Shown piece by piece: positions 37,680-49,293 of a DNA stretch of 64,000 nt (within the stretch, counting starts at the first letter, position 1; each line of letters opens with the position of its first letter). Below the pieces are notes generated by a model. The model was not told the DNA's origin and did no database searches. It worked only from the letters and a program-made list of their open reading frames with translations. The translations under genes and the position numbers were made by a program. Origin of the DNA: Chiloscyllium plagiosum (lineage: Eukaryota); NCBI RefSeq assembly GCF_004010195.1, contig NC_057718.1:101884197-101948196 (forward strand), read 5' to 3'.

Positions 37680-37965
37680 AGGACAATGATTCAGTTGATC
37701 CCATGTTTACAGAAATTTGCTTCTGAAATGTCAGCACGAGGTGCTGTGTCAGCAACTGTGTTGAAAACAAACAGATTAAGCGCCGTTTGCAAGTTTGAGC
37801 CGTTTGAGCTGACTCTGTGTGTGTGCCCTGGAATATTCTACACAAATCATTATGGAGCATCACTGATTGTCAAAGGGCCTGACCAGGCAGAATTAATGCA
37901 CTGACAATGTCACTGTAAAATGCTCGAAGTGAGGACAATAACAAGCAAATGGACATTGTATGGAA
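37680..37965 (+). promoter_or_regulatory. Putative lens-type promoter/enhancer (MARE plus Sox motifs) of the filensin-like gene
   Basis: TGCTGTGTCAGCA 37742-37754 (1 mismatch to T-MARE), GTCAGCA half-site 37730-37736, five ACAAT/ATTGT motifs. Confidence 0.6.
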
Positions 37966-38059
37966 TTCTGTGTTGTTCTGAACTCAATTTATTCTCATTG
38001 GAAGGTATTTTCCAGCCCTTCATATACTGTGAGGGGTGCTGTGCAGTAGGGATATGCAG

Positions 38060-38283
38060 CCCAGTCTAGGGCACACTGTCTGCTCTAGGGGAGATTACCC
38101 AGTCTCGGGAAGATTAGTCAGTCTAGGAGAGGTCACCCAGTCTAGGGAAAGTCACCCTCAGGGAGGTTTCCCAGTCTCGGGGAGGTTACCCAGTCTAAGG
38201 GAGGTTACCCAGTCTAGAGGAGATTACCCAGTCTAGGGGAGGTTACCCAGTCTTGGGTAGATTACCTAGTCTAGGGGAGGTAC
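38060..38283 (+). repeat. 19-bp minisatellite (cccagtctaggggaggtta), about 11-12 degenerate units, overlapping the probable 5' coding region
   Basis: Units start at 38098, 38117, 38136, 38155 (15 nt), 38170, 38189, 38208, 38227, 38246, 38265. Confidence 0.95.
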
Positions 38284-38369
38284 GCAATTCTCTCTCCTGT
38301 GATGTGAAGCATTCTAAGTTTTTCCAAGGGAGTTTACTGAGAAAGCCGTTTCCCTGTCACAGTGCTGGG

Positions 38370-38683
38370 ATGTCTGGAATGTGCTCCCTGCATGGACTGG
38401 GGAGAGAGAGCGAGGGGAGTGAGGAGCTGGGGAATTTCCAGAGGTTTACAGAGCAGTTTCAACGCTACATGCTGCGTGCCCGGGCCCTGGAGAGGAGCAG
38501 TGTCACGCTGGAGAAACAGCTGGAGAGCCTGCAGCAGATCGAGGAGCTTTCAACTCTGGAGGGAGTCTTCACTGAACAGATCGGGCAGCAGCAGCAGAGC
38601 CTGTGGCAGCTGCTCAGGGACCTGAATGTCCTAGAGAAGGAGCTAAAGGAAATGCAGCAAGTCTTGGAGCGATTCCACACCAA
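38370..38683 (+). CDS. BFSP1: Filensin-like (BFSP1 family) beaded filament protein, exon 1; start uncertain (ATG 38370, or ATG 38054 if the repeat frameshift is absent)
   Basis: LGNFQRFTEQFQRYMLRARALERSSVTLEKQLESLQQIEELSTLEGVFTEQI aligns with filensin coil 1A/1B (RARALE..L.+QL+.FQ.+.EL); phase-2 donor AA/GTAAGG. Confidence 0.85.
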
Positions 38684-38796
38684 GTAAGGTGTCTTTCTGT
38701 CCTTCACTCACTCACACTGCTACTTTACCTGTTGGCCACTGTCTCCCTCAGCGGTGAATGTACTGAGCAGTGAGTAAGACCTTCAAAGTTATTCTT

Positions 38797-39900
38797 AGAA
38801 TCAGGGAATTGTTACAGAGCAGAAGGAGGCCGTTCAGCCCACACTGCCTGCACCTGTTCTATCCCCTCTTGCCAATCTCCTCCCTTTGCCCCATATCCCT
38901 GTATGCTATTTCTATCCGAATAGTCATCCAATGCCCTTCTTGAATGTCTCAATTCAACCGGCCTCCATCACTTTTCCGGGCAATGCGTTCCTAGTCTCTG
39001 GGTGAAAAAGATTTTTCTCATATCACCCTAACCCCAATCCCTTTAAATCTACTTCCACTTTTTCTTGTTCCTTTTACAAATGGGAACAGTTTCTCCCATC
39101 GACTCCGTCCAGCCCCCTTATGATTTTGAAAACCTCTATCTCATCTCCTCTCAGCCTTCTCGTGTCCAGGAAGAACCGTCCCAACTTCCTCAATCTCCCT
39201 CCGTCACTGAAGTTTCTCATTCCTGGAAGCTTTCATGTAAATCGCTCTGCACTCTCTCCAATACATTGACATCTCCCCTATAGTGTGGTGCCCACAACCA
39301 TCCACAATAATCCAGCTGAGGTCTAACCATGACCTTGCACAAGTTCAGCATCACCTCCTTGCACTTGTACCCTATGCCCCCTATTAATAAAGCTGAGGAC
39401 AGTGAGTGCTTTCTTAACTGTTCTCTCCTGCTGCCCTTCAGTGATCTGTATCCATACACCTCCAGCTTCCTCTGCTCCTGCACCCCCTTTAGAATCGTTG
39501 CCCCATGTTATTTTGCCTTTCAATGTTTTTCTGATCAAAACGCATCACCTTACACTTCTCCCCACGCAATCTGATTTACCTCCCATCCGCCCACTCCCTC
39601 GACCTGTCAAAATCCCTGCGGAGTTCCACACTGTCCCCCTCACAGTTCACAATTCTTCCAAGCTTCGTGTCATCTGCAGAATGTGAAGCTGTCCCCTGCA
39701 CAGCAAGATCCAGGTCATTAATGTGAATCAGGAAAAGCACGGGTCCCGATACCCAAACCCCCTCCAGCAACCACACAACAAACCTTCCTGCGGTCCCAAA
39801 CATACCCATTGCCCGTGACTCTCTGCTTCCGACTGTGATCAGTTTGGTTTCCACATTGTGACTGTCCTTTTATTTCATAACCTGTAACGTTGCTCAGAAG
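38797..39900 (-). mobile_element. CR1 3' fragment
   Basis: GPVLFLIHINDLD..SADDTKLG, VRPQLDYC..WAPHYR. Confidence 0.88.
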
Positions 39901-40974
39901 TGTGATTCTCACTAATTGTGAACCTTGTACAATAATGGAATGATTTAATTAGAAGGAATTAACAGCACAGACAGAAGGCAGGCACCTGAAATCGGATGGA
40001 CGTGCACCCATTTTCTAGTCAGATCATATGGGCATCGTGGTGGGAGTGGCTTTAATTTAAGGGTGAAGCCTCCAGCAGTCAAATAGCATTGGAACCCTGA
40101 CAGTGCCACTCAGCTTTGAGCTTGTTGGTCCCACGAACAATTTGAAATGATTTCCTTTCTTGCCACTGGATATCCCTCCCTCTCTCACCGTCTGATCCTA
40201 CTCATTCACATTCCTCCTCTGTCTTTCCTCTGCCTCTTTCCCAGTTGTGTATCTCCCCCCGAGGCAGAGTTTCACCCCTTGGGTAAGGGCCAGGAAGGTC
40301 CCCCCTAGACCTCAATCTAGTTGATGGTGAGCTGCAGGGAAATGGCTGGTCCCAAACCCGGCGCTACATCAACGTTTAGGAATAAAATATGAAAGGTCAC
40401 CATACTTCACCCTCGACAATGCATCGTCTCCACCCACCTTCTGTGCTGTCACTCTCCCCTATATCAAGCCATGCCCCTTTACCCACCTCCATCATCCTAT
40501 GTTGCCCACATACCACTTTAGTCTTCATTCACACCAGCTCATGCCCTCCACCCACCATCCTTTGCCCTTATATCTAACAGCCAACTCACCCAGACTCCAC
40601 CATGAGTAGATCTCAGGACCCTAGCAAAGATGGGCAAGACTTAAGCACCTTAAAGTAAAGTTCTGTGTGTATGTTGCAGACATTATGGTATTGAGAAAAA
40701 AAATCACTCTTCTATAAAAACCTATGTTTGCATTTCCACCCCTCCAACAAGAGAAAACCTCACAACAACAATCGTTTCATTCACCTACAGCAAGCCTTAT
40801 AATTTATAGCCCCATATCACAAAGTCTGAATCCAATTGCTGCTGGCTAATCTGGGAGATGGAAGGCAACTGATTGTGACAATGCATGGTTGTGAAATCAG
40901 CCATACTACACAAATCCAGGAATGCTTCACAATACACTGAGTGAAGCAACAAGCAATCATGTTTAGAATTGAAC

Positions 40975-41285
40975 CATAGAATCCCTACAGTGTGAAAGGA
41001 GGCCATTCAGCCAATTATGACCCTTTGAAGAGCATCCCACCCAGATCCACCCTATCCCTGTAACCCTGCATTTCCCATGGCTAACCCACCTATCCTGTAC
41101 ATCCCTGGACACTGTGAGCAACTTAGCCTGGCCAATCCACCTAACCTGTACATCCTTGGACTGTGGGAAGAAACCAGAGCACACAGAATGCACAAACCCA
41201 ACACAGACAGTTGCCAGAGGGTGGAATTGAACTCAGGTCACTGGCGCTGTGAGGCAGCAGTGCTAACCACTAAGCCACTGTGTTG
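40975..41285 (-). mobile_element. HE1-type SINE
   Basis: Reverse-complement A/B boxes and core. Confidence 0.85.
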
Positions 41286-41654
41286 GCCTACTCCAGTGTT
41301 TTCAAAGGTTTAAAGTGCATGACTTTTAAATGCTTTGACTGCTGCCTTTGGCGGGTGTTTCTGACATATTGACAATACATCTATCTGGATGACAGATCCA
41401 ATGAATTACAGAACTGTTGTTGCACAAAAGGTGGCCATTCAGCCAATCATGGCAATGCCAGTTCTGTTCCCTTGTGCCAATCTCCTGCCATTGCCCTGTT
41501 TCCCTGCATAGCGTTTCCATCCAAATAATCATCCAATATGCTTTTTGATAGTCAGGAGTTTATGCCCCTTGTCCTTTGTGCCTACTTTTAATCATGGCAA
41601 AGGAAGCGGACCTCTCCCAACCATGACCTCGATCTAAGTCAGTACTCGGGCAAT

Positions 41655-41741
41655 GTTGAAACTTTATTGCTGGAACAGCACAGCAGGTCAGGCAGCATCC
41701 AGGGAACAGGAGATTCGACGTTTCGGGCACAGGCCCTTCCT
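41655..41741 (-). mobile_element. 87-bp truncated family 1 insertion with 12-bp TSD
   Basis: tactcgggcaat at 41643-41654 and 41742-41753; insert ends within the hammerhead core. Confidence 0.8.
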
Positions 41742-41934
41742 TACTCGGGCAATTCCAAAGATTCCCCAAATTCCCTGTTGGGTCCAATCTGCAGCCACCA
41801 GCTTTCACACTCCATCTTGGTTTAGAGATGGCCGGTGATTTAAATACTGACCTCCGCACAGCCAGCACGGCTGGAAATTGTGTCACTCTCCCAACCCCAC
41901 TCCCAACCCCCATCCCCCACACCCCAAAACCCAC

Positions 41935-42725
41935 NNNNNNNNNNNNNNNNNNNNNNNNNNNNNNNNNNNNNNNNNNNNNNNNNNNNNNNNNNNNNNNNNN
42001 NNNNNNNNNNNNNNNNNNNNNNNNNNNNNNNNNNNNNNNNNNNNNNNNNNNNNNNNNNNNNNNNNNNNNNNNNNNNNNNNNNNNNNNNNNNNNNNNNNNN
42101 NNNNNNNNNNNNNNNNNNNNNNNNNNNNNNNNNNNNNNNNNNNNNNNNNNNNNNNNNNNNNNNNNNNNNNNNNNNNNNNNNNNNNNNNNNNNNNNNNNNN
42201 NNNNNNNNNNNNNNNNNNNNNNNNNNNNNNNNNNNNNNNNNNNNNNNNNNNNNNNNNNNNNNNNNNNNNNNNNNNNNNNNNNNNNNNNNNNNNNNNNNNN
42301 NNNNNNNNNNNNNNNNNNNNNNNNNNNNNNNNNNNNNNNNNNNNNNNNNNNNNNNNNNNNNNNNNNNNNNNNNNNNNNNNNNNNNNNNNNNNNNNNNNNN
42401 NNNNNNNNNNNNNNNNNNNNNNNNNNNNNNNNNNNNNNNNNNNNNNNNNNNNNNNNNNNNNNNNNNNNNNNNNNNNNNNNNNNNNNNNNNNNNNNNNNNN
42501 NNNNNNNNNNNNNNNNNNNNNNNNNNNNNNNNNNNNNNNNNNNNNNNNNNNNNNNNNNNNNNNNNNNNNNNNNNNNNNNNNNNNNNNNNNNNNNNNNNNN
42601 NNNNNNNNNNNNNNNNNNNNNNNNNNNNNNNNNNNNNNNNNNNNNNNNNNNNNNNNNNNNNNNNNNNNNNNNNNNNNNNNNNNNNNNNNNNNNNNNNNNN
42701 NNNNNNNNNNNNNNNNNNNNNNNNN
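41935..42725. other. Assembly gap (N run) flanked by C-rich repeats
   Basis: Run of N; both flanks contain acaccccaaaaccc. Confidence 1.
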
Positions 42726-43719
42726 ACACCCCAAAACCCCACCCCATTACCCAACTACCAACACCTTGCCCTATCCCCAACATCCCAAAACCCCAGCCCC
42801 CCATGCACTCACCAACACCTCCCCACACCAGACCCTAAACCCGTTCCTTACTCATTCTCTCTCCACAGATGCTGCCAGACCTGCTGAGTTTCTCCAGCAA
42901 TTCTCTGGGCCAGGATCCATTGTGGGGTTTAAGAGGGGATGCTGGTGTAATTAAAGGCAGAGATTGTGATTCCGATGTAATTTCAATTGAATCCCCGATG
43001 ACTGGGAATTGTTCACGGCTGAAAGACATTGTCTCCTTAGCAACTGCTACAATTTCATGTTATCCTTTTAATTCCATCGGTTAAACTAGTGTAACCATTA
43101 ACAGGCGGTTAATCGGAAATGTTATAAAGGACAGTGAGATCAGAAATAAACAACTTGGCCAGGACAGATGAGCTTCAGCTATGGTCCACCACCAGGGGTC
43201 CTCGATGTATCACTTTCACTTGCTCCTTGCTCCTCAGGAGATGTGGGTGTCACTGAGCAGGCCAGTATTTGTCATCCATCCCTAATTGCCCTCGAGAGGC
43301 TCGCTTGGCCACTTCGGAGGGCAGTTAGGAGTCAACCCTGTTGCTGTGGGTCTGGAGTCACATGTAGGCCAGACCGGGTAAGGACGCCAGATTTCCTTCC
43401 CTAAAGGGCAGTAGTGAACTGAATGGGTTTATACAACAATTGATGACCAGCTTTCAATTCTGGACTTTATTAAATGAGTCTTAATTCTGCCTGGTTGCTG
43501 GGTGAGAATTAGCCCTGGCCTCTGGATTATGAGCCTAATGGTGTAATTACCATTAGCTCCCAGATGGTTTGATGTCAGCTGTAAGTGTGAATGCCATCCT
43601 GGGGGTAGACTCTATCCAATATCGCAGCATGGATACAGAGATCAAGAGCAACTTATAATCAACAGAGTGGATCATCACAGTGCCCTCTCGATGGGGAAGG
43701 ACAGCTAACAAAACTACCA

Positions 43720-44085
43720 GCATTTATGAAGCTCCTTTAACATGCAACAATGTGCATTTATATAGCTCCTTTAATATGCAGCTACATACATTTATATAGC
43801 TCCTTTAACATGCAACAATGTGTATTTATATATTTCCTTTAACATGCAACTACATGCATTATCTAGTAATTAATAACATGCAACTATGTGCATTTATATA
43901 ACTCCTTTAACATATAACTATGTGCATTTACGTAGCTCCTTTAGCATACAACTATGTGCATTTACGTAGCTCCTTTATATGCAACTATGTGCATTTATAT
44001 AGCTCCTTTAACATGCAACTATGTGTATTTATATAGCTCCTTAATATGCAACTACATGCATTTATTTAGCTCCTTTGACATCCAA
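43720..44085 (+). repeat. 34-bp AT-rich minisatellite, about 10 units
   Basis: Unit atgcaactatgtgcatttatatagctcctttaac. Confidence 0.92.
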
Positions 44086-44559
44086 CACAAAAACAAGGCA
44101 AGGTAATTCACAAGACCATCACCAAACAAAACAGGAGGCCGAACCACCGTGGGAGATATTGGAGCAGGGAGCCTAAGAGAATGCATCCTAATAAGCAGAA
44201 GAGAAAGTGAGGCAGAGAGATCTAAGAAGGAAAAGGAAGGGACAAAATGATGCTGGGATTCAGTGAAAAGTAGGAGGGGTCTGAGCAGAAGGAGTTGTCA
44301 TTTGGTTGCAGATAAAATATTTCAGTCACTTTCTCAAATGCAATCCCTCACTATTTTTTGGTTTAACTTCCTGTCTGTTTAAAGCAGTGTTTATAGATCC
44401 ACATAAGATCTAGTCTCTCATCTTCCCGGATACAGAATACTGAGCATATAGCTTCTGTTTTGATAATTGTTGTTCCTTCTGGAAAAATGCCAATTGCACT
44501 GTAGCAGCATCACTACATCGTGCTGCCTCAGTACAACCAGCAGAATGTACCCGCATTCT

Positions 44560-44865
44560 TCCCAACACAGAAACAGGCCATTCGGCCCAACTACTCCATG
44601 CTGCATTGAGCCACACAAGCTCCCTTCCTTGATTTTCCGTACCTTTTGCAACAAGTTCTGGACTAAAGTGCAAATGGCTCTATGCCAGCTTACCTGCAAT
44701 CTTACACATGTAGAATTTCCAGCACAAAAACAGGCCATTCGGTCCAACTACTCCATGTTGTAATTAAGCCACACAAGCTCCCTTTCCTTACTGGAGTTCT
44801 CACTGACTTTCTGTACTTTTTGCAACAAGTTCTGGTCTAAACTGAAAGTGGCTCTATGTCAACTA
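44560..44865 (+). repeat. Tandem duplication of about 160 bp
   Basis: aaacaggccattcgg.ccaactactccatg..ttgcaacaagttctgg..tggctctatg occurs twice. Confidence 0.85.
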
Positions 44866-45084
44866 CTCTCGGAACCTTTCACAGTCCTAAGAACATGTCA
44901 ATCCTCAGGGTTCTTTTTGAGAGAAAGAAGCCTCAGTTTATTCAGTCCTTCCTGATACAGTAACCTCTTTCTCAGCACAAGCTGCCATTTATGTTGCTTT
45001 TACCAGTAAATGGCCCCGATCACATAAAACCAAAAAGAATGATGCACTAAAAGAACACCACTTGAGGAGGAGATGAAAGAGAAG

Positions 45085-45410
45085 CTCATCAAAGATCCTC
45101 AGGCAGCACCTTCCAAACCCATGGCCGCTACCATCCAGAAGAACAAGGACAGCGGATGCATGGGAACACCACCCTCTGCAAGTTCCCCTCCAGGCCACTC
45201 ATCACCCTGACTTGGGAATATATCGCCATTCCTTCACTACCACTGGGTCAAAATCCTGGAATTCCCTTCCCAACAATATTTTAGGTGTTCCTGTACCGCG
45301 TGGTCGGCAGTGGTTCAAGGAGACAGCTCAACACCACTTTCTCAAGGGGCAATTAGGCAATAAATGATAAATATTGGCCTGACCAGTGATACCCACAACC
45401 TGCAAGTGAA
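45085..45410 (+). mobile_element. LINE (L2/CR1-group) 3' end fragment
   Basis: gcaccttccaaaccc..gggtcaaaatcctggaattccc..caccactttctcaaggg; related copies near 54530-54790, 58175-58510 and 60810-61020. Confidence 0.7.
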
Positions 45411-45568
45411 TCAAAATAACATTTGTGGAAATCAGTCTGGTAAGGGAGTGCGGAATGACCTTAAGTGATGCTGATTTTTACTTATGTTTGTGTATTATTG
45501 CTGGACCTTGGTTTTGACCGGGCAACTTTGGAAAAGGCTTAGAAAATAACATCAGAAATTGCTGGGAA

Positions 45569-45606
45569 AGTTCTGAGGAAGGGTCACTGTGCCCGAAACG
45601 TTAACT
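45569..45606 (+). ncRNA. Minimal type I hammerhead ribozyme motif (family 3) within a short element at about 45553-45698
   Basis: AGTT-CTGAGGA-A-GGGTCA ctg TGCCC-GAAA-C-GTT-AACT: 4-bp stem I AGTT/AACT, GUU triplet, palindromic AACGTT. Confidence 0.72.
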
Positions 45607-45719
45607 CTGATTTCTCCCCACTGCCAGACCTGCTGAGCTTTTCCAGCAGTTTCTGTTTGTGTTTCTGATTTCCAGCATCCACGGTTCTTTCAGTTTTTAT
45701 GAGTAGAAATAAATTTCTC

Positions 45720-46272
45720 CGCACCTGGAGTATTGTGTGCAGTTCTGGTCTCCAAATTAGAGGAAGGACATTCTGGTTATTGAGGGAGTGCAGCGTAGGT
45801 TCACAAGGTCAATTCCCGGAATGGTGGGACTATCGTATGTTGAAAGATTGGAGCGGCTGGGCTTGTATACACCTGAGTTTTGAAGGCTGAGAGGGGATCT
45901 GATTGAGAGTATTAGATTATTAAAGGATTGGACACTCTGGACGCAGGAAGCACGTTTCCGCTGATGGGTGAGTCCCGAACCAGAGGACATAGTTTAAAAA
46001 TAAGGGGTAGGCCATTTAGAACAGAGTTGAGGAGAAACTTCTTCACCCAGAGAGTGGTGGATATATGGACTGCTCTGCCCCAGAAGGCAGTGGAGGCCAA
46101 GTCTCTGGATACTTTCAAGAAAGAGAGCTTTTAAAGATAGTGGAATCAAAGGTTATGGGGATGGCAGGAGCAGGATACTGATTGTGGATGATCAGCCATG
46201 ATCATAATGAATGGTGGTGCTGGCTCGAAGGGTCAGATGGCCTACTCCTGCACCTATTGTCTATTGTCTATT
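45720..46272 (+). mobile_element. CR1 3' fragment with (CTATTGT)n tail
   Basis: ESRTRGHSLKIRGRPFRTELRRNFFTQRVV; tail ends about 30 nt upstream of filensin-like exon 2. Confidence 0.9.
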
Positions 46273-46301
46273 CATTTTGCTTGTCTTGCTTTCACCCATA
46301 G

Positions 46302-46356
46302 AACAGAATATGAGAACAACCAACAACTTCAGGACACCTTTGAAAACCTGAATAAG
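46302..46356 (+). CDS. BFSP1: Filensin-like exon 2
   Basis: ttcacccatag acceptor; (K)TEYENNQQLQDTFENLNK versus filensin ..L.E.LERLNK; phase 2 to 0; donor GTGAGA. Confidence 0.85.
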
Positions 46357-46984
46357 GTGAGATGCTTACCATTGACTATTCACAGTCATTGTCATAGAGT
46401 CACACAGTACAGAAAAGACCCTTCGGCCCATCAAGTCCACCCAGAACTATCCACGCTAATCCCACTTCCCACACTTGGCCCATAGCCTTGACTGTAATGA
46501 CATTTCAAGTGCTTATCAATTGCACAGCATCCCAGGGGAGAACTGGTCAAAAGATTGAGGCTTGTGGTCGTGTAGTGGCTCTTTAGATGTCCGGCCAACA
46601 CCATTGATTATCGAATACCTCGCAACAACACATTCCCAAATTTGCTCAGCCCCCAGTTTTACTACTCCATAAATGAATGGGTTTTGAATGATTTAAAATT
46701 GGGCTTTGTACTTGAAACAAATGTTAATATCAATGTACGAACAAAACCCAGATACAAACAGTTAACTTAATTGAAGTCACAATTCTTGGGTGGTGTAAGA
46801 ATGAAATAAACAAAAGTCCTAAGGCTTCACTTTGGTTTCCTTGTCATCATGTCTCTCTTTTATCTCATGTCCTCAACTTGAGGTCTTAGGAATATCACGT
46901 GTTGCTTTCGTTAACTGTGAATGACATTTCAAATCTTAAATTTTCCAAAGTGAACACTAAGTTCATCCATTTCCAAAGTCTTAT

Positions 46985-47300
46985 CATAGAATCCCTACAG
47001 CGTAAAAGCAGGCAATTCGGCCCTTCAAGTCCACACTGACCCTCCACAAAGCGGCCTGATTCCTCCCCGCTGGCCTTGCATTCCCCATTGCTAAACCACC
47101 TAGCTTGCACATCCCTGGAGACTGTGGGGCAATTTACCATGGTCAATCCACCCTAAACTGTACATCTTTGGACTATGGGAGGAAACCCATGCAGATACAG
47201 GGAGAATATGCAAACGCTACACAGCCAGCTGCCCAAGGATGGAATTGAACCTGGGTTCCTAGTGCCAAGAGGCAGCAGTGCTAACCACTGAGCCACTATT
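46985..47300 (-). mobile_element. HE1-type SINE
   Basis: Reverse-complement A/B boxes and core. Confidence 0.85.
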
Positions 47301-48311
47301 CCACTCACAGGTGGAAACCATTCAGCCCCTTGAACTCATTCAGATACTCAGTGAAATTATGGTTTATGTATATGGCATCTCTAATCACCCACCTCGATTC
47401 CATATCTCATAATGCCCTGGGCCTGCAAGTGTAACTTATCTAAGATTAAGCTGAAGGGAAGTGAGTAGATCACCCTTCCCACCTTTGCTGGTGCCACTGT
47501 GGACCTCTTACAAAGCAATAGATAGTATTTCTGGGCTAGGTGTTCTGAGTTTATGGGTCCATCAGGAATTCTGTCTTATGGCAGAAGTGTCCATAATGCA
47601 GTTCAGCAGGTTGGTCAGCTTGTGGATCTTCCCACCACCTCCCTGCTATTCTCCAGAGGGTGTGTGAGTGAAGGTGTGTAAATCAGATACTTCCCAAACA
47701 AGGTGCAGTACTGACTGGGGCTCAGGAGATGAGAAGATGACTCCACTGATGTGTCAGTGAGTGAGTGTAGGACATGGTGCAGTGGTGAGTTGGGAAGAAT
47801 ATTGGGTAGCTGGAGTGAGCCAGTGTTGATTGTTTGGTGGGCTAGGAATAGATGGGTGCAACTAACATCATTGGGGTAGGAAGGAGGTCAGGACAGGTCA
47901 TGAAACAGTCAGTTGTATTAGCACCAAATGTCTTCATGGTGCTCATACCCTGTGTAGTTGTTAATTGTATATTAAATAAGGTTTTAATTTCATTGAAGTA
48001 GTGGCGTAAACTGGAGAGACTGAATAGGCTTTTCCCTGGAGCATCAGAGGCTGAGGGGTAACCTTGTAGAAATTTATAAAATCATGAGGGGCATGAATAG
48101 GGTGAGTAGACAAAGTCTTTTCCATGGGTAGGGGAGTCCAAAACTAGAGCGCATAGGTTTAAATTGAGAGGGGACAGATTTAAAAGCAACCTATGGGGCA
48201 ACTTTTTCATGCAGAGGGTGGTGTGTGTATGGAATGAGCTGCCAGAGGAAGTGGTGGAGGCTGGTACAATTACAACAGTTAAAAGACATCTATTGGGTAC
48301 ATGAATAGGCA

Positions 48312-48468
48312 TAATAGCAGCACCATTTAAACTAATGGGGCCAGAATCGAGTTATAACCAATAGACTCTTTAAAAATGTGTCCTTTAGAAACAGTGTCCC
48401 CAATTCGTGAGTCGTGTTATAGCAGATTTGCAGTAACACAATGCGCATTATAGCAGACTGGCCTGTAT
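48312..48468. mobile_element. Possible Tc1/pogo-type MITE fragment abutting a CR1 fragment (about 48015-48310)
   Basis: Repeated gttata/attatagcaga subterminal motifs, ends cctgTA. Confidence 0.4.
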
Positions 48469-49197
48469 TTATGAAGGAGAACACAAACAGGGGTGTAATG
48501 TTAAAGGTCTGACGCATGAATAGCTACTTTATACTGTCCTACATAGCTGGTTCACAGGAGGGAGTGCTGCCTACTGTGGTTGAAAAGCCAGGCAACTGAA
48601 CTATTGCAGGACACATATCCTGGGGTTTTTCCCGACTGCGTGATAACAAGGTCACAGAGTCACCAGTTGAAACAGAGAGAGATCAAAAAGTACAGATAAG
48701 AAAGTTCAAGTGGAATTAGCAGAGACCCTGTTTGATCAAATAGTACAAACTGACCTGTAAATGAACAGACCCATTCATAACCAGGGAACTACTTGTATAG
48801 AATCACAGAATCCCTATAGTATGGAAGCAGACCATTCAGCCCATTGAGTCCACACCGACCCTCCAAAGAACATTCCACCCAGACCCACCAATCCTATCCC
48901 TCGAACCCTGCATATCCTATAGCTAATCCACTGGAACTGCTGGTCAATGTTGGAAATGAATACCTGTGTCATACATCTCTCTAAATAAATGCTTACGGAA
49001 TTTGTACCAATTAGGGTCCAGTTGTATCCTTCCCTGCCTAGTTATTTGGTGTAGAGTATGGCTGTAAGTATGACAGCACGGTGCTCTCCCCATGCTAAGA
49101 GAGGATATTGCAGCCTACAGTCAGTCAGTACAAGAGCTTGATCATTAGAAGGGAGAGTTTTGGAAATCTCATTTGTATGTCATCTTCTTCACCTCAG

Positions 49198-49293
49198 AAT
49201 GCAAATGAAGCTTTATTAAAGAATTTGGAATTGCAGATCCGTACGCAATTCCTCCAGGAAGATATAAACTCCACCAAAGAGAGAAACAGGAAG
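49198..49293 (+). CDS. BFSP1: Filensin-like exon 3
   Basis: NANEALLKNLELQIRTQFLQEDINSTKERNRK versus filensin [32 protein letters not shown]; 96 nt, canonical AG/GT. Confidence 0.95.
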
